Positions 37,475 to 50,360 of a DNA stretch of 64,000 nt are shown in pieces; position 1 is the first letter of the stretch; each line of letters begins with the position of its first letter. The notes under the pieces are model-generated. The model did no database searches, was not told the origin of the DNA, and saw nothing but the letters and a program-made list of their open reading frames with translations. Origin of the DNA: Negaprion brevirostris (taxonomy: Eukaryota); NCBI GenBank assembly GCA_030324005.1, contig JARDVH010000132.1, positions 73,930,919 to 73,994,918 on the forward strand, given 5' to 3'. Position numbers and translations under genes: made by a program.

Positions 37475-38062
37475 ATATAAATTTGGAGCAGGAGTTGTCC
37501 CATTCAATAGTTGATCAACTTCACTTCCCTGCCTAGCCCCTATACCCTTTGACTCCCTTGTTAGTGAAGAGTCTATCCGCCACTGTCCAAAAATAGTCAA
37601 TGACCCTGCCTACACTACTCTCTCAACAAGTGTCCTACAGACTCATGACTCTTTGAAAGAAAAAAAATCTCCTTATCTCTATTTTAAATGGGAGAACCTT
37701 TATTTTCTAACTATGTATCCTAGTTTTAATCTGTCCTGCAAAGAGCACATCCTTTCAACATCCATCCTGTCAAGTTCCCTCAAGATCCTACAAAATGAGA
37801 ATAATATTCTATAAGAATGTTTTTTCTCTTCTAAACACCAATGGACACAGGCACAACCTATCCAATCTTTCCTCGTAAGATCCCTTATCCCTGGAATCAG
37901 TCAAGTGAAACTTCTCTAAAATGCGTCAAGTACTCCTTTGTTCGTTCTTAAATATGGAGGCCAAAACTGTGCACTAAGTCTCACTAATACCATGTACAAT
38001 TGTGGCACAGCCTCCCTATTTTTATATTCCATTGCAATAAATGGCAATATTCCATTTGCCTT
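37475..38062 (-). mobile_element. CR1 LINE 3' fragment
   Basis: ggagcaggagt...ccattcaata...ggccaaaactgt...ccatttgccttc in reverse orientation. Confidence 0.65.
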
Positions 38063-38699
38063 CAGGAGCTTTTGAAACTCAGCCAAGCATTCATAACCAG
38101 ACAGCTATATTAACAAATCCTGTGATATCTAAATAGTCCATTGAAACTGAAACAAAAAAGGTCCATTTTTCTCTAAGCTACACAGATGTCCTATCAATCA
38201 AAGTAGTCCAGGAACAGTTGTGGACTTGTTCTCAAAATTAAAAACAAAGATTTATTTTCATTTTAAAGGAGCTCTTAGCATCTTGTAGCATTTTGTAGGG
38301 CAAGCTCTATAATCAACCACTGCAGTAAAAACACATCTTACTTATAGTATAGCTAACTTCTGAAACTTAAATAACAGATTTTTCTTATGTTTCAATGAAG
38401 TAATTTGAAGAACAGGCTGTTTTTTTTTAGTTCTCCACTTGGGACTGCAGATTCCCCTGTCATTGCAGTTCCTCTTAGGTGCCTGGATCCACAANNNNNN
38501 NNNNNNNNNNNNNNNNNNNNNNNNNNNNNNNNNNNNNNNNNNNNNNNNNNNNNNNNNNNNNNNNNNNNNNNNNNNNNNNNNNNNNNNNNNNNNNCCTAAC
38601 AAAATGGGTTAATGAAAATAGCCAGGTATCTAAAATGGCCATCCCCACAATGGGATAAACAAGGGTGGAATTGCAGATTTAAAACAAAATCAAGGAACC

Positions 38700-40981
38700 T
38701 GGGCTTTGCTGATTAGGCCAGCATTTATTGCACATCCCTAACTGCCCTTGAGATGATGGCGGTGGACCGACTGTGTTTGTTTACAGACTCAATGGTCTGA
38801 GCGGCTTCCTTCTGTTCCATAATAACCATAATGATTTTAAATGCCAGTGTTGTAAATCTATTTGAACACCTTGGCTAGAGGTGCGACTAACTCTGCAACA
38901 CCAGTCTTTGGTATTAAAGCTGGAATTTTTTGGGCCCATTGCCTTTATTGTATTCCCATTTCTTGATATCATGTGGGCTGAACTGAATTGGCCAAAGACT
39001 GGCATCTGTCATAGTGGGAATCTCAGGAGGAGCCCAAGATGTACCATGTACTCATCCAATCCACATTCTGGCTGAGGATGATTTTAAACACTTCAGCCCT
39101 GTCTTTTGCAATCACGCTGTGGGCTCCACCATTACTGAAGATGGGACTGTTCATGGAGTCTCCTCCTCTTGTTAGGATGCTTAACAGCTCATTGCCATTC
39201 ACTATTAGATATGGCAGGATGATAGAACTTTCATCTGATCCATTGCTTATGTGATCTCTGTCTATGTCGTCATGCTTCCACTGTTAGCATGCATTTAGAT
39301 TTGTATTGTAGCATCACCAGGTTGGTACTTAATTACAAGGTATGCCTGGTATTGCTCCTGGTATGCTTTCCTGCACTCCGCATTGAATTAAAGTTTATCC
39401 ACTGGCTTGATAATAAAGTGAAGGATATGCCGGGATATGTGGTTATAATGGTGGAATACAGTTCTGCTTGACCGGGAAGTCATGTTGTGCAATGGGTAGA
39501 GTCACTCTCTGAGACAGAAGCTCTGGGTTTGAGTCCCACTACAGCATTTGCTGGCTGAAGGCACATTCATAATGTGGCCAAACACCATCAACCTGCAAAT
39601 TCTTCCAATACACCAATGGTAACTGGTCAGCCATTTGATGAAAATAAATTTGGAGCCTCTGCCACCACCATTGAAAAGCTCAACCACATACATGGCACGT
39701 AAAAGTTTATATTGCCACTCCTTAAGTGAACTGTTACAAATACACTCAATTCTACTTCTGTTGATGGCAACTGCAGCCCATGCGTGGTCAGCTTTGAGTG
39801 GCAAGATCCGTTCTGAATTGATCCTATTTAGCATGATGATTGTGTCGAACATGATAAACAGTGTTTTCAGTGTGAAGATAAGATTTTGTTTCCTCAAGGA
39901 CTGTGCCATGATCTATCCAAGCAATGCTATCATGGAGAAATGTACCTGTGACAGATAAATTGGTGAGATTGAGCTCATGTCAGTTTTTCTCTCATGCTGC
40001 TTCTGTTGCCATCTGCTGCAGGCCCAGTCTGGATGATATGTCCTTCAAGACTGAATAGNNNNNNNNNNNNNNNNNNNNNNNNNNNNNNNNNNNNNNNNNN
40101 NNNNNNNNNNNNNNNNNNNNNNNNNNNNNNNNNNNNNNNNNNNNNNNNNNNNNNNNNNTGAATAGCTGGTCAGCAATGCTGCTACCAAGGCATTCTTGTT
40201 GACAGATATTGAAGTCCCTCACCCACTTACATTACATGTCCTTGTTATTCTTAGCGTTGTTTCCAATCAGTTCTCAATATAGATGAGTTCTGATTCATCG
40301 GTTAAGAAAAGGCCGGAGGACTCCTTGTTCACGTTTGATCTGATGACAAGACTTCAGCGAGTCCAAAGTCAATGTTGAGACCTCCCTCTAGACTGTCTAT
40401 CACTGTGTTGATACGTCTGGTTTGGCTATCATGCTGGTGGTGCAGAACCAACCAGGGGATGATAATCGAGGAATCTGGACATTGACTGAATGGCACGATT
40501 CGGTGAGAATAACTATGTCAGGTTGTTGGTTGACCAGTTCTGTTGAACAGCTCTCCCAGATGTTAGTGAGAAATAATTTGCAAGATCAACTGTATAGGTT
40601 GTTCCTATGTAATGTCTGGTGTCTACGTCTATTCAGTTTCATTCCTTTTTGACTTTTCTAGAGGTTTCATACAACTGAATGGCTTACTTGGCTGTTTCAG
40701 AGAGCAGCTATGATCCAACCACATTGGAATCACAGGTAGGTTAGGCCAAGAAAAGACAGAAGACCTCCTTCCTTAAAGGACCTTAAAAAACTAGGTAGGT
40801 TTTTACAATAATCCAGTGGTTTCATGGCCATTTGGCTAACGCTGGTTTATATTGCGTTTTATTTAATTCACTGAATTTAAATTCTTCAACTGCCATGGTG
40901 GGATTTGAATTCATCTCCATGTCATTCGACCAGGTTTCTAGATTGCTAGTCCAGTAAAATAGCCATTATGTTACTGTTCCC
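38700..40981 (-). mobile_element. tRNA-headed LINE, copy 2 (head + endonuclease + tail; most of RT missing)
   Basis: Minus strand gggaacagtaacataatgg...ctggactagcaatc...gaattcaaatcccaccatggcag head. The endonuclease region aligns to 15060-15880 and the tail ctcaagggcagttagggatgtgcaataaatgctggcc lies at 38716-38752. Confidence 0.75.
39469..39746 (+). mobile_element. Unclassified tRNA-like SINE inserted in LINE copy 2
   Basis: B-box-like gggtttgagtccc, flanked by the imperfect direct repeat cagttctgct / caattctact. The LINE sequence is contiguous when the insert is removed. Confidence 0.55.
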
Positions 40982-41374
40982 AACAAAAAATTGCAGCTGT
41001 TCAAACACATTATGGTTTGAAGCTGAGCTGAAGACTGTTATTGTAGATGTATTTTTTCATAACTGACTATTACTTCTTTTCATATTGTCCATAGCTGCCT
41101 TCTAATCTACTAACTGAAATTAGAATATTAATGTCGATGTGTACCTTTAAACTTCACTCATTGTTCAGGTTACATTCAGAAAGCAGTGGTTCAAATTCCA
41201 TCCCAGCTGAACCCATATGGAAATAATGCACTTCCATCCGGTTACAAGTAACTTGCTAAAATCAGTGACGATTATTTTGACGCACAAGTTTAAGCCCTTC
41301 ATGCAATACGATGATGCATATATATTGTTGTGCACTGTTAAAAGTAAATATGTGTAACACAATACAGGCTATAT

Positions 41375-41755
41375 AATTCTTATTCCTGTTCTCAAATCTG
41401 TCCATGGCCTTACCCCTCCTAATCGCAGTGATGTCCTCCAGCCCCAGAATCCTCCTAGATATCTATGCTCCTCCAGCCTTCCTTCTGCATTCCCGATTTT
41501 AATTGCTCCACCATCACTGGCTGGGTCTTCAGTTGCCTCACCTTAGGCTCTTGAAGTTCCACCCTAAAGTTCTCGGCCTCACTACCTTTCTTTCTTTATG
41601 ATGCTATTTAAAATCTACTGCTTTGACCAAGATTGTTTCTCATTTTCCTTAATATCTCCTTATATAACTCAGTGTCATATTTTGTTTTATAATGTCCCCG
41701 TGAAGCCATTTTTTTTAAGTAAATGGTGGTATATAAATATAAGCTGTTGTTGTTT
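41375..41755 (+). mobile_element. L2 LINE 3' end
   Basis: tcaaatctgtccatggcc...ctccagccc...tttgaccaag...tatataaatataagctgttgttg. Paralogous fragments lie at 51560-52055, 37200-37458 and 58600-59115. Confidence 0.65.
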
Positions 41756-42605
41756 TTTGTTGCAGAACCTACTGCACTTACAGTTACATTGGCCCCAGTT
41801 TGAATGCACAGAGCAGAAATCAGAAAGTTTGGTCCTGTTTGCCCCAGACTGAAACGTTAATACAGTACATTAAGGGCTACATTGTATCCTATTTCACAAC
41901 TTCTTCAGCCAATAATGTACAGTATAACCAAGGTATAACATCTTTAAATTTGCATTCTCTCCCTTACCATCCCTTTAACAAACAAGAAAAATAATAAATG
42001 CATAAATTATCATTTAAAAATAGTTATCAATTAAAATACTTTAAGGGTAGAAATACTTCCAATGTGTAAAATGAGTGGCATTAGGTTGGCTATGGTTACA
42101 TGTATTGCCTGACATTCAACTTCATTATCTGTCAACGGAACTAAGTCTCAGTTGCTGCAGATGGGCTGCTGTTGCCACCCATTTTGCGTCACTTCCTGAA
42201 ATGAATTTCTTCCCCTTTATAATACTATTGTTACATTAATATTCAAAATCAATCCAACATTTACTCTTGCAGCTTAATAGCTGCTAGACTGAATCACTGC
42301 TTGTATTTTGCTCCAGTCACTGACAATGCCCATTAACTTCTCAGTGTTACTAATTACCAATGCTTCTGCCCAGAAGAGAAGCAAGATGACAGAGATGCAG
42401 GAATTGCTGCAGCAGGTATCAGTGTCACTTCAAACTCAACCAGAGAAGAGGGGGCAACATTTCTCTGGGCTAGTCTGGATAAGTTTCTTCTCTTGCTTAC
42501 CTCTCAGTTTTCAGCAACCTCTCAACAACTCAGTTCAAAAAATAACTCACGCTGTAAAGGTATTTGGAACAAAGGTTTTGCATGGAACATAAACTTACGA
42601 GATGA

Positions 42606-42721
42606 GGGACAGAATTTTACCACAGGAATTGGAGTGGGTGAGGGATAGACCACGGAAAGGTTCATTGTCCTAAGACAGGATTTTATGGTTTCAAGACAAG
42701 TGAGGCTGTAAAATCCTGCCT
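42606..42721. mobile_element. Harbinger-type MITE
   Basis: ggacagaatttta...taaaatcctgcc TIRs, with internal similarity to 23231-23356. Confidence 0.65.
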
Positions 42722-43439
42722 GAGGTCTCTGCTTGGAGCCAATGCTACGGGGAGGGACAGCAGATAAAATAAATTGTTCGCAACTACAAATTTAGACTGA
42801 AAGTACTGAAATGGTGTTGAAAATACTGCTTTTGGTTTTTTGATTTCCTTCTGAATTCAGTGGAATTAATGCTAAGAGGTAAACATGACATATCAGTCAG
42901 CATTTTATTAATGAGAACAAACACACAATTATCTCACGTGAAGCCAGAAAATGTGGGAACGTTTTCAAAAATCAATGGTATTATTTCTAAAAAAAAGGAG
43001 ATTTTCTGCTCCAGTTTAGGTCTAACACTACAGAATTCCCACTGTTTAGCTTAGCATTAAATTGCTTTATTGAAGAATCTACTTTGGCGTCAACATTTTG
43101 TCAAGTTCCACCCTGATCCTACTAAGTTCTATTTAAATTTAAAAGTTTTATAACTTGGACATAGAGCATTCAAACGAGGCAATTAAACCAGATGGAGGAT
43201 GCTGCATCTACACTGAGTGTTTCCCCCACATGTATAATTATTGTTAGTTATATTGTTTGGTCAGAGTGAATGCCTCAGGAGCATGGATAAGCTAACACAC
43301 TCAACATACACATACGCCTGACCATAAAGTGGAGTTGTACATTGTAAACAAAATAGGCGCCATGACAGAGTCAATGCCCAATAAACATAAAAGCCGTGAT
43401 TCTGAACGAACAGATCTAAATTTGGAGCTGATGCTAATA

Positions 43440-43790
43440 CACAATGGTTAGCACTGCTGCCTCACAGCATCAGGGACCTGGGTTTAATTCCAGCCTCAGG
43501 TGACTGTCTGTGTGGAGTTTGCACATTGTCCCCATGTCTGTGTGGGTTTCCTCTGGGTGCTCCGGTTTCCTCCCACAGTCCGAAAATGTGCAGGTTAAGT
43601 GGATTCGCAATGTTAAATTGCCCCTTAATTCCCCAAGATGTGTTGGTTAGATGGGTTAGCCATGATAAATGTGTGGGGTTACAGGGATAGGGCAGGGTGG
43701 TGGGCCTGGGTAAGATAATTTGTCAGAGAACGGGTGCAGACTTGATGGGCCGAATGGCCTCGTTTTGAACTGTAGGGATTCTATGATTCA
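43440..43790 (+). mobile_element. HE1 V-SINE
   Basis: Near-complete copy ending gggccgaatggcctc...ctgtagggattctatgattc. Confidence 0.9.
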
Positions 43791-46299
43791 NNNNNNNNNN
43801 AGTGTTGAACATCGACAAACAGTAGTTCACAATTAGAATTCTGTCACTCTGTCCTCATTAATATTCTAACTACTGTTTGCTCTGCATGGCCAACTTGATG
43901 CACTGTGTAACTCCTGTAAATTGGAGGCCTGGCTGTGCATGTGTGCACCTAAAATGGAATGTTGCTTCTGTCTCGCCAGTTTGTTTCCTGCACAGGCTAT
44001 TCCCAATTGCTACACAGCAGTGTATGTATCCAGCTTAAAAGAAACAACGTTCTCATCTTGTTCACTCACTGCCATGCTGGCTAAATCAAAATAACAGATC
44101 CCCACATACTCACACAGATTGGGGCTGTTTTCTTAACTTCATGTTTTTGGGGTCTGACAGACAGCCAGGACAATGCCCCTTTTCTACTTGCTCTGCCNNN
44201 NNNNNNNNNNNNNNNNNNNNNNNNNNNNNNNNNNNNNNNNNNNNNNNNNNNNNNNNNNNNNNNNNNNNNNNNNNNNNNNNNNNNNNNNNNNNNNNNNCAA
44301 TGCCCCTTTTCTACTTGCTCTGCCACTTTTGGTTCAGCTCACGCCCAACCCCTGTTGCCCCTTGTGGCTTGTTGTCATCTTGTCCCCTAGCATTTTTCCA
44401 TTATTATCCATATTAGCCTTTTTGTGTGGAGTGGTAGACAGAAGGTGTTTGTGAGGTGGGGGAGAAAAGGAAATGTGTTCTTTTGTTCACGGGATACGTG
44501 GAGGGGTAGGAGGAAAACCTTGAGAAGATAAAGGGGGGGCCTGAGGGAGGGGTGCTTGTGTACTGCATTGGGTAGAATCCCAAAATATTCGGTAAATGCC
44601 TGGAGTGGTAACAGTTAACAAGGGAGATGTTTTTGGGGACCAGGCCGGAGGGTTATCCATGTGTGACAGAGCCTGGGCATTGTGAGAGTGATGAAAGAGT
44701 ATTTCTCTTTTTGGTTTCCCTCAGGGATATGACTGAGGTGTATAAAACTGTGGAGGGGCTCAGGTAGAGTGAGTAGGGACCAGTTGTTTCCCATGGTTGG
44801 GGAGTCCATCCCGGAGAGGTATAGTTTTTGGGTAAAGGTCATTAGATTCAGAAGTGATTCAAGAAAATACCTTTTTTATTCAGAGAGTGGTGGCTATCTG
44901 GAATGCATTGCTTGGGGAGGTAAATTGGGCCTAAAGTATTACCACTTTTCAGGTTATATTTGGGTAGGTCTTTGAGATCTCTTAATATTCCCTGATCTGG
45001 TTCAGGTGAGAAACGTTAATTCCCATTCTGGGCACATGGATGTTGGGTTGATTTCAAACCACTTTAAATGAATAGTGAGTAAGTTGCACCACCCAATTTC
45101 TGGGGTATAGTATTCAGTTAACAGCAAATCTAGGCACAATGAAATGAAATAGCACATGAGTCCACATTATTATAAATGGATTTGAGTTGTTTCATTGAAC
45201 ATTTCACACCAAAATTTCCACAATCTTCTATGTTGTTTCAAAAGTCGTTTTGCCACAAAACTATCCATGTTCTTAGGTCAGAATAGTGTGTTTCTGATAA
45301 TTGTGCTCATTTGGAGGTGGTCATCACATTCTTGCGTACAAAGACACCTGGATGCACAATAATCTATTGTTATTACTTTAAATTCAGTTTAAATTTGTTA
45401 TAAATTGACCTGGTCAAATTATGCTTCATTTTCTCACCATCCCATTCCCCATTGAGCCTCAGCCAGCTTAAGAACAATAATGCTAATTCATGGGAGATCG
45501 TACATTTGGGTTTATGCTAACAAATCTGTACAGAAACTTAGGGGTAACTTCACCTCTCAGTATTCAATACATTCTTGGCTCATTTTCCTGACTGCACATC
45601 TGGCAGAAATTCCATATCCTATAATGGGCATGAAAAATACTGTCCTTCAACATGATGACGTATCATATCTATTGGAGAATTTTAATAATTAGGGTAAGTC
45701 CACATTGTGTGACACTAGCAATGCATGCAGTGGTGCCTCAGTGTGAAATGTGTGTCTGCACCCAGGTAGCTAATATCTTTTTCAGAATTATTGAAAAATG
45801 AATTTTCTTTTATCAGTCACTGATACGATCCAGTGTGGAGTCAACAGGATCATCAACTGCTGACAGAAATGCTGCAGATGACTTTAATTATCAACTGCTG
45901 ATGACTATTAATTGATTCACCTCATCCCTTATACTCTCTTCTATCTAATGATTACACTGTAAGTTTTGACCATTTATCAAAATTGGTCCAGAACACATCG
46001 GAGTTGCAGGGCCAGTATTGTAGGGTCGGCCAGTGATCAAGAGGCTGGCAGTATGGGACTACTGCGCGTGTCCCAGTCTCGGTGCTGACACAACAGCGCA
46101 TGCTCAGTGGAACACTCAGCGCAATGCTGCCGATCTCTCCAGTAGGAACAGGCCCCGCATACTGATTTTTAATGAGAAACACGTCAGTGCACTCTGCAGT
46201 GCACAATGCAAGATTCATTTTGAAAAGACCAACAGGGATTTCCTTCAGTTTTTATACAAATTCAATACTTAAAATTTTTTTGGGAGAATTCCACCCGGT

Positions 46300-47309
46300 G
46301 GGGTCGATTCTCTCAAAAATATTCTAAGAGTCAAATTCGCGTGAAAACTGGAGTAAATCACACTGGTTTTTTTCAGAGTTTTTTCATACTCTGTTCACTG
46401 CAGAAATCAGAGGCCGGGGCCTATTCCTGTGGAAGAGGCTTTTAATTCCCCTTATCTCCACAGGAGAAAAGCATGTACAACCGCCATGAGGGGGAAAAGA
46501 CTGGTGGGCGGGATCCTGAGCTGCGGCTGTTGACGGTCTGTGAGCAGTGTGCCTGGCAAGGGGGACGCCGTGCCTAGAATGGTCACCGAGAACCAGGTTG
46601 GCGTCTGGCATGCAAGTGTGCATCAGCTTAACCCTATTTCTAAGTGGTCTTTGAACTAAGTGCTATGCTGCGTGGGCTGTATTCCCTTGCTTCCCTTAAC
46701 GTGTATTCTTTCTTACAATGCTGGATCCTGATGAACCAAGCCCTTCTGATGTCATTGTAATCCCTCACTATACCCCACAGAGAGAACAGTGGAACAACTC
46801 AGTGGCTGCAGACAGCAGCCTGACCAGCACTCAGTAAAGGACCTCACCCCGCCCCACAGAGCCAACATGGAACATCCCTGGGCCTGGGGAGCAGCACATC
46901 CAGCTCTTGAGGGACCTCCCCACAGCAAATAGAAATTTTCCAGCCCTGCCTCCAACCACCCCTACAATCCAGGCGCTGCAGCCTCATAACACTTGCCTCC
47001 TTACTCCTGTTCAACGCTACCATGACAGAGCAGTTGTAAACCCTGCCAGCATATTGTCGTGCCAGAGAGAAGGGAGAAGCTAGCAGAAGCAGAGAGTCTA
47101 GTTGCGTACTCGTTAGTTAGATGTTAAAGTGTATTACTGCATGCTAACGATCGTTATGCTGATTTCCAGCCTGGATCTGCCAATGCGATAAAAGTTAGGC
47201 TAGGAGACACGCCCAGCTGCCAAGCACGAATCCCACGAATCAGCCACCGTGAGAGTCTCCTGGCCTGCTGCGCTACAAAGCAGCACAGTGGGATAGGAAA
47301 ATGACCCCC
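46300..47309. mobile_element. ~1-kb non-autonomous Harbinger-type element
   Basis: TIR-like ends ggggtcgattctc / ggaaaatgacccc with a GC/CpG-rich interior. It abuts another element ending gggagaattccaccc at 46296. Confidence 0.6.
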
Positions 47310-47560
47310 AATATCTTTGCAATGTGTATTTTTTTAATATCACAATGTTAAATGGTCCAAACCTACACCTGCAGTTGTCATATTCAATTCATCTCAAAAG
47401 TAATGTGGAAAAAGTCTTTGCTACCATCCTGGAGATGAGCAAAACCTTCTTGTTCTGTAGTTTGTTCAGAAGTGGCCACATCTATGCAGCTAAAATCCCC
47501 AGGTAGTTTAAAGCCACTCATTCAACTTGACAAAATCAGTGAACAGAAATAAAAGAGTGA

Positions 47561-47718
47561 ATCACAGAATCCCAACAGTGCAGAAGGAGGCCACTCGGCC
47601 CATCGAGTCTGCACTGAGCACAATCCCACCCAGACCCTAGTCCCATAACCCCATTTATTTACCCTACCACTGAAGGGTAATTTAACATAGCCAAACAACC
47701 TACCTGCACATCTTTGGA
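47561..47718 (-). mobile_element. HE1 SINE 3' fragment
   Basis: agaatcccaacagtgcagaaggaggccactcggcccatcgagtctgcac...cctgcacatctttgga. Confidence 0.8.
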
Positions 47719-48569
47719 GAGAGTCCCTTATCCAATAATGGATTAGTTTCAGTGGCTGTGGGAGAAGGAACTGACCCTAAATACAAATATGGCCTTAGAA
47801 ACAGGCTGAGGAGAGCAATGAGCTACCTTGTGTGTATGGCATTGGCCTCATATTTATTCACAATGACTCAGCCATAACATATAGTTCTCTTTCAGAGATT
47901 GCATTTCCCCAGGCTTGGGTTCAATATTACAAGATTTCCAGTCAACATTTAGTGTATCTCATCTTCCCATCTCTGTCACGATAATGAGGCTGCAGTTGAA
48001 CATATAGCACAAATTCGGCATGTGGGCAAGCTGTCCACAGAAACACCTAAAGCTGTCTGATTAGGATCTCACTATGCTTGAGCACAAAATACTGTCTTAG
48101 TCTCTCAAGGTGAATACTTATTCCAAAGGGAATTTGTGACTAATGAGAATTAATATAGACTGGCAATTGGTCATCATCTATTTAATACTATTGCATAAAG
48201 ACAGAATCTAACCCTATAACTTTAATGGATACATTTTGTAGCATTTAGTGTCAGAGTTAACTGAAACCTCAAAGTCCAAATCAGCTCAGAGCCTCTTTTT
48301 TTATGCAACATAGCGACTTTCAGCAGAGCTGGCATTTATGAAAAATTCAGTAGATGATTAATGAACTGATTGGATTTTACATATTCGCATTTGGAATATA
48401 AAGAATTGGGAGCCAGAAGCAAATGTCAAAAAAGTGACCCTAATAGCTATTTGGAGCGTCACCGTCTTTTCAGCTGCTCCTTCAATGAATTTCTCTCCAA
48501 CATAAGGTGAGGAATGGAGCTGTTCACGGATCTACAGTTCCGTGCCATTTACATACAAACACACCACTT

Positions 48570-48944
48570 AGGAGTAGGCCATTTGGTCCCTTCAGTCTGT
48601 CCACCATTCAAAAGAATATGATTGATCTGATTGCAACTTCAACCCCACATTCCTGTCTACCCCGAATAACCTTTCACCCCATCTTGTTAATCAAAAATCC
48701 ATCTACTCTATCCTTAAAAATATTCAAAGACTCTTTTTCCATAGCTTTTGGGAAAGAGAAATCAAAAAGTTCATGACTCTCAGAGAAAAAAATTCTTCTC
48801 ATCTGTCTTATGTGAGTCGCCCTTAGTTTTATATTCTCCTACAAGAGGAAATATTCACCCTGCCAGGATAAGAACATAAGAAATAGGAGCAGAAGTAGGC
48901 CATCTAGACCTTCGAGCCTGCCCCGCCATTCAATAAGATCATGG
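48570..48944 (-). mobile_element. Two adjacent CR1 3' ends, the second running into a gap
   Basis: ggagtaggccattt...ccattca and taagaacataagaaataggagcagaagtaggcc...ccattcaataagatcatgg. Confidence 0.7.
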
Positions 48945-50038
48945 NNNNNNNNNNNNNNNNNNNNNNNNNNNNNNNNNNNNNNNNNNNNNNNNNNNNNNNN
49001 NNNNNNNNNNNNNNNNNNNNNNNNNNNNNNNNNNNNNNNNNNNNNNNNNNNNNNNNNNNNNNNNNNNNNNNNNNNNNNNNNNNNNNNNNNNNNNNNNNNN
49101 NNNNNNNNNNNNNNNNNNNNNNNNNNNNNNNNNNNNNNNNNNNNNNNNNNNNNNNNNNNNNNNNNNNNNNNNNNNNNNNNNNNNNNNNNNNNNNNNNNNN
49201 NNNNNNNNNNNNNNNNNNNNNNNNNNNNNNNNNNNNNNNNNNNNNNNNNNNNNNNNNNNNNNNNNNNNNNNNNNNNNNNNNNNNNNNNNNNNNNNNNNNN
49301 NNNNNNNNNNNNNNNNNNNNNNNNNNNNNNNNNNNNNNNNNNNNNNNNNNNNNNNNNNNNNNNNNNNNNNNNNNNNNNNNNNNNNNNNNNNNNNNNNNNN
49401 NNNNNNNNNNNNNNNNNNNNNNNNNNNNNNNNNNNNNNNNNNNNNNNNNNNNNNNNNNNNNNNNNNNNNNNNNNNNNNAAAGCAGGGCCGAGGCTGGGGG
49501 CTCTGCAGTGAATGACTGAAATCTTGACCCCTCTCCACAATTTACGAGTTTCAAACCTGAACTATGATAGAACACACTCCACTCACCTGTTTGAGTGTAG
49601 ATGCACCAGCATTCAGATAGCTCAACATTATCCAGGTCAATGCAATCCATTTGACTGCGCTCTAAGTTCAATATCAACAGCTCTCTACCATTAGCCCACT
49701 GTGCCTTCAATATGCACTTTAACATGCTACACTGCAATGAATCACCAAAGTTATTCTGACAATATTTTGTGGCATGTGATTTCCATAACCGAGAAGACTG
49801 AGAGCAGTAATATCATGGGAACACCATCACCTTCATTCACATCACATACCTGACATAGACATGTTTCGCTGTTCCTTCATTGTCACTAGGACCGTATCTG
49901 GGAATTTCTGTGTCACATCATTGTGGGCACATTTAAACCATAAATATAGCGATGGTTCAAGGAGAAGGTCAAATAAGTCACTTGCACAGGACTACTAGGA
50001 ATGGGCAATAAATGTGGCCATGACAGTATCTCACATAT

Positions 50039-50360
50039 GGGCAGCATGGTGGCATAGTGGTTAGCACTGCTGTCTCACAGCACCACGGACTCGAGTTTCA
50101 TTCCTGGCTTGGGTCACTAACTCTGTGAAGTTTGCACATTCCCCCCGTGTCTGCATGGGTTTCTTCCGCATGCTCTGGTTTTCTCCCACAATCTAAACAT
50201 GTGTGGGTTGGGTTGATTGGCCATGCTAAATTGCTCTTAGTATCAGGGAGACTAACAGGGTAAATTTGTGTGGCAGTGGGGATGGGGTTGTTGTTGGTGC
50301 AGGCTTGATGAGCCAAATGGCCTCCTTCTGCACAGTAGGGATTCTATGATTCTTCTATGA
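50039..50360 (+). mobile_element. HE1 V-SINE
   Basis: gggcagcatggtggcatagtggttagcactgc...tggcctccttctgcacagtagggattctatgattc. Confidence 0.9.

Noticed and set aside
40032-40165. tgaatag repeated either side of a gap inside LINE copy 2
   Set aside because: It could be a TSD or a contig overlap, and the gap hides the evidence.
44171-44324. Identical 27-bp direct repeat flanking a ~100-N gap (CRISPR- or TSD-like)
   Set aside because: An exact duplication on both sides of a gap is typical of unmerged overlapping contigs. This is eukaryotic DNA and there is no array.
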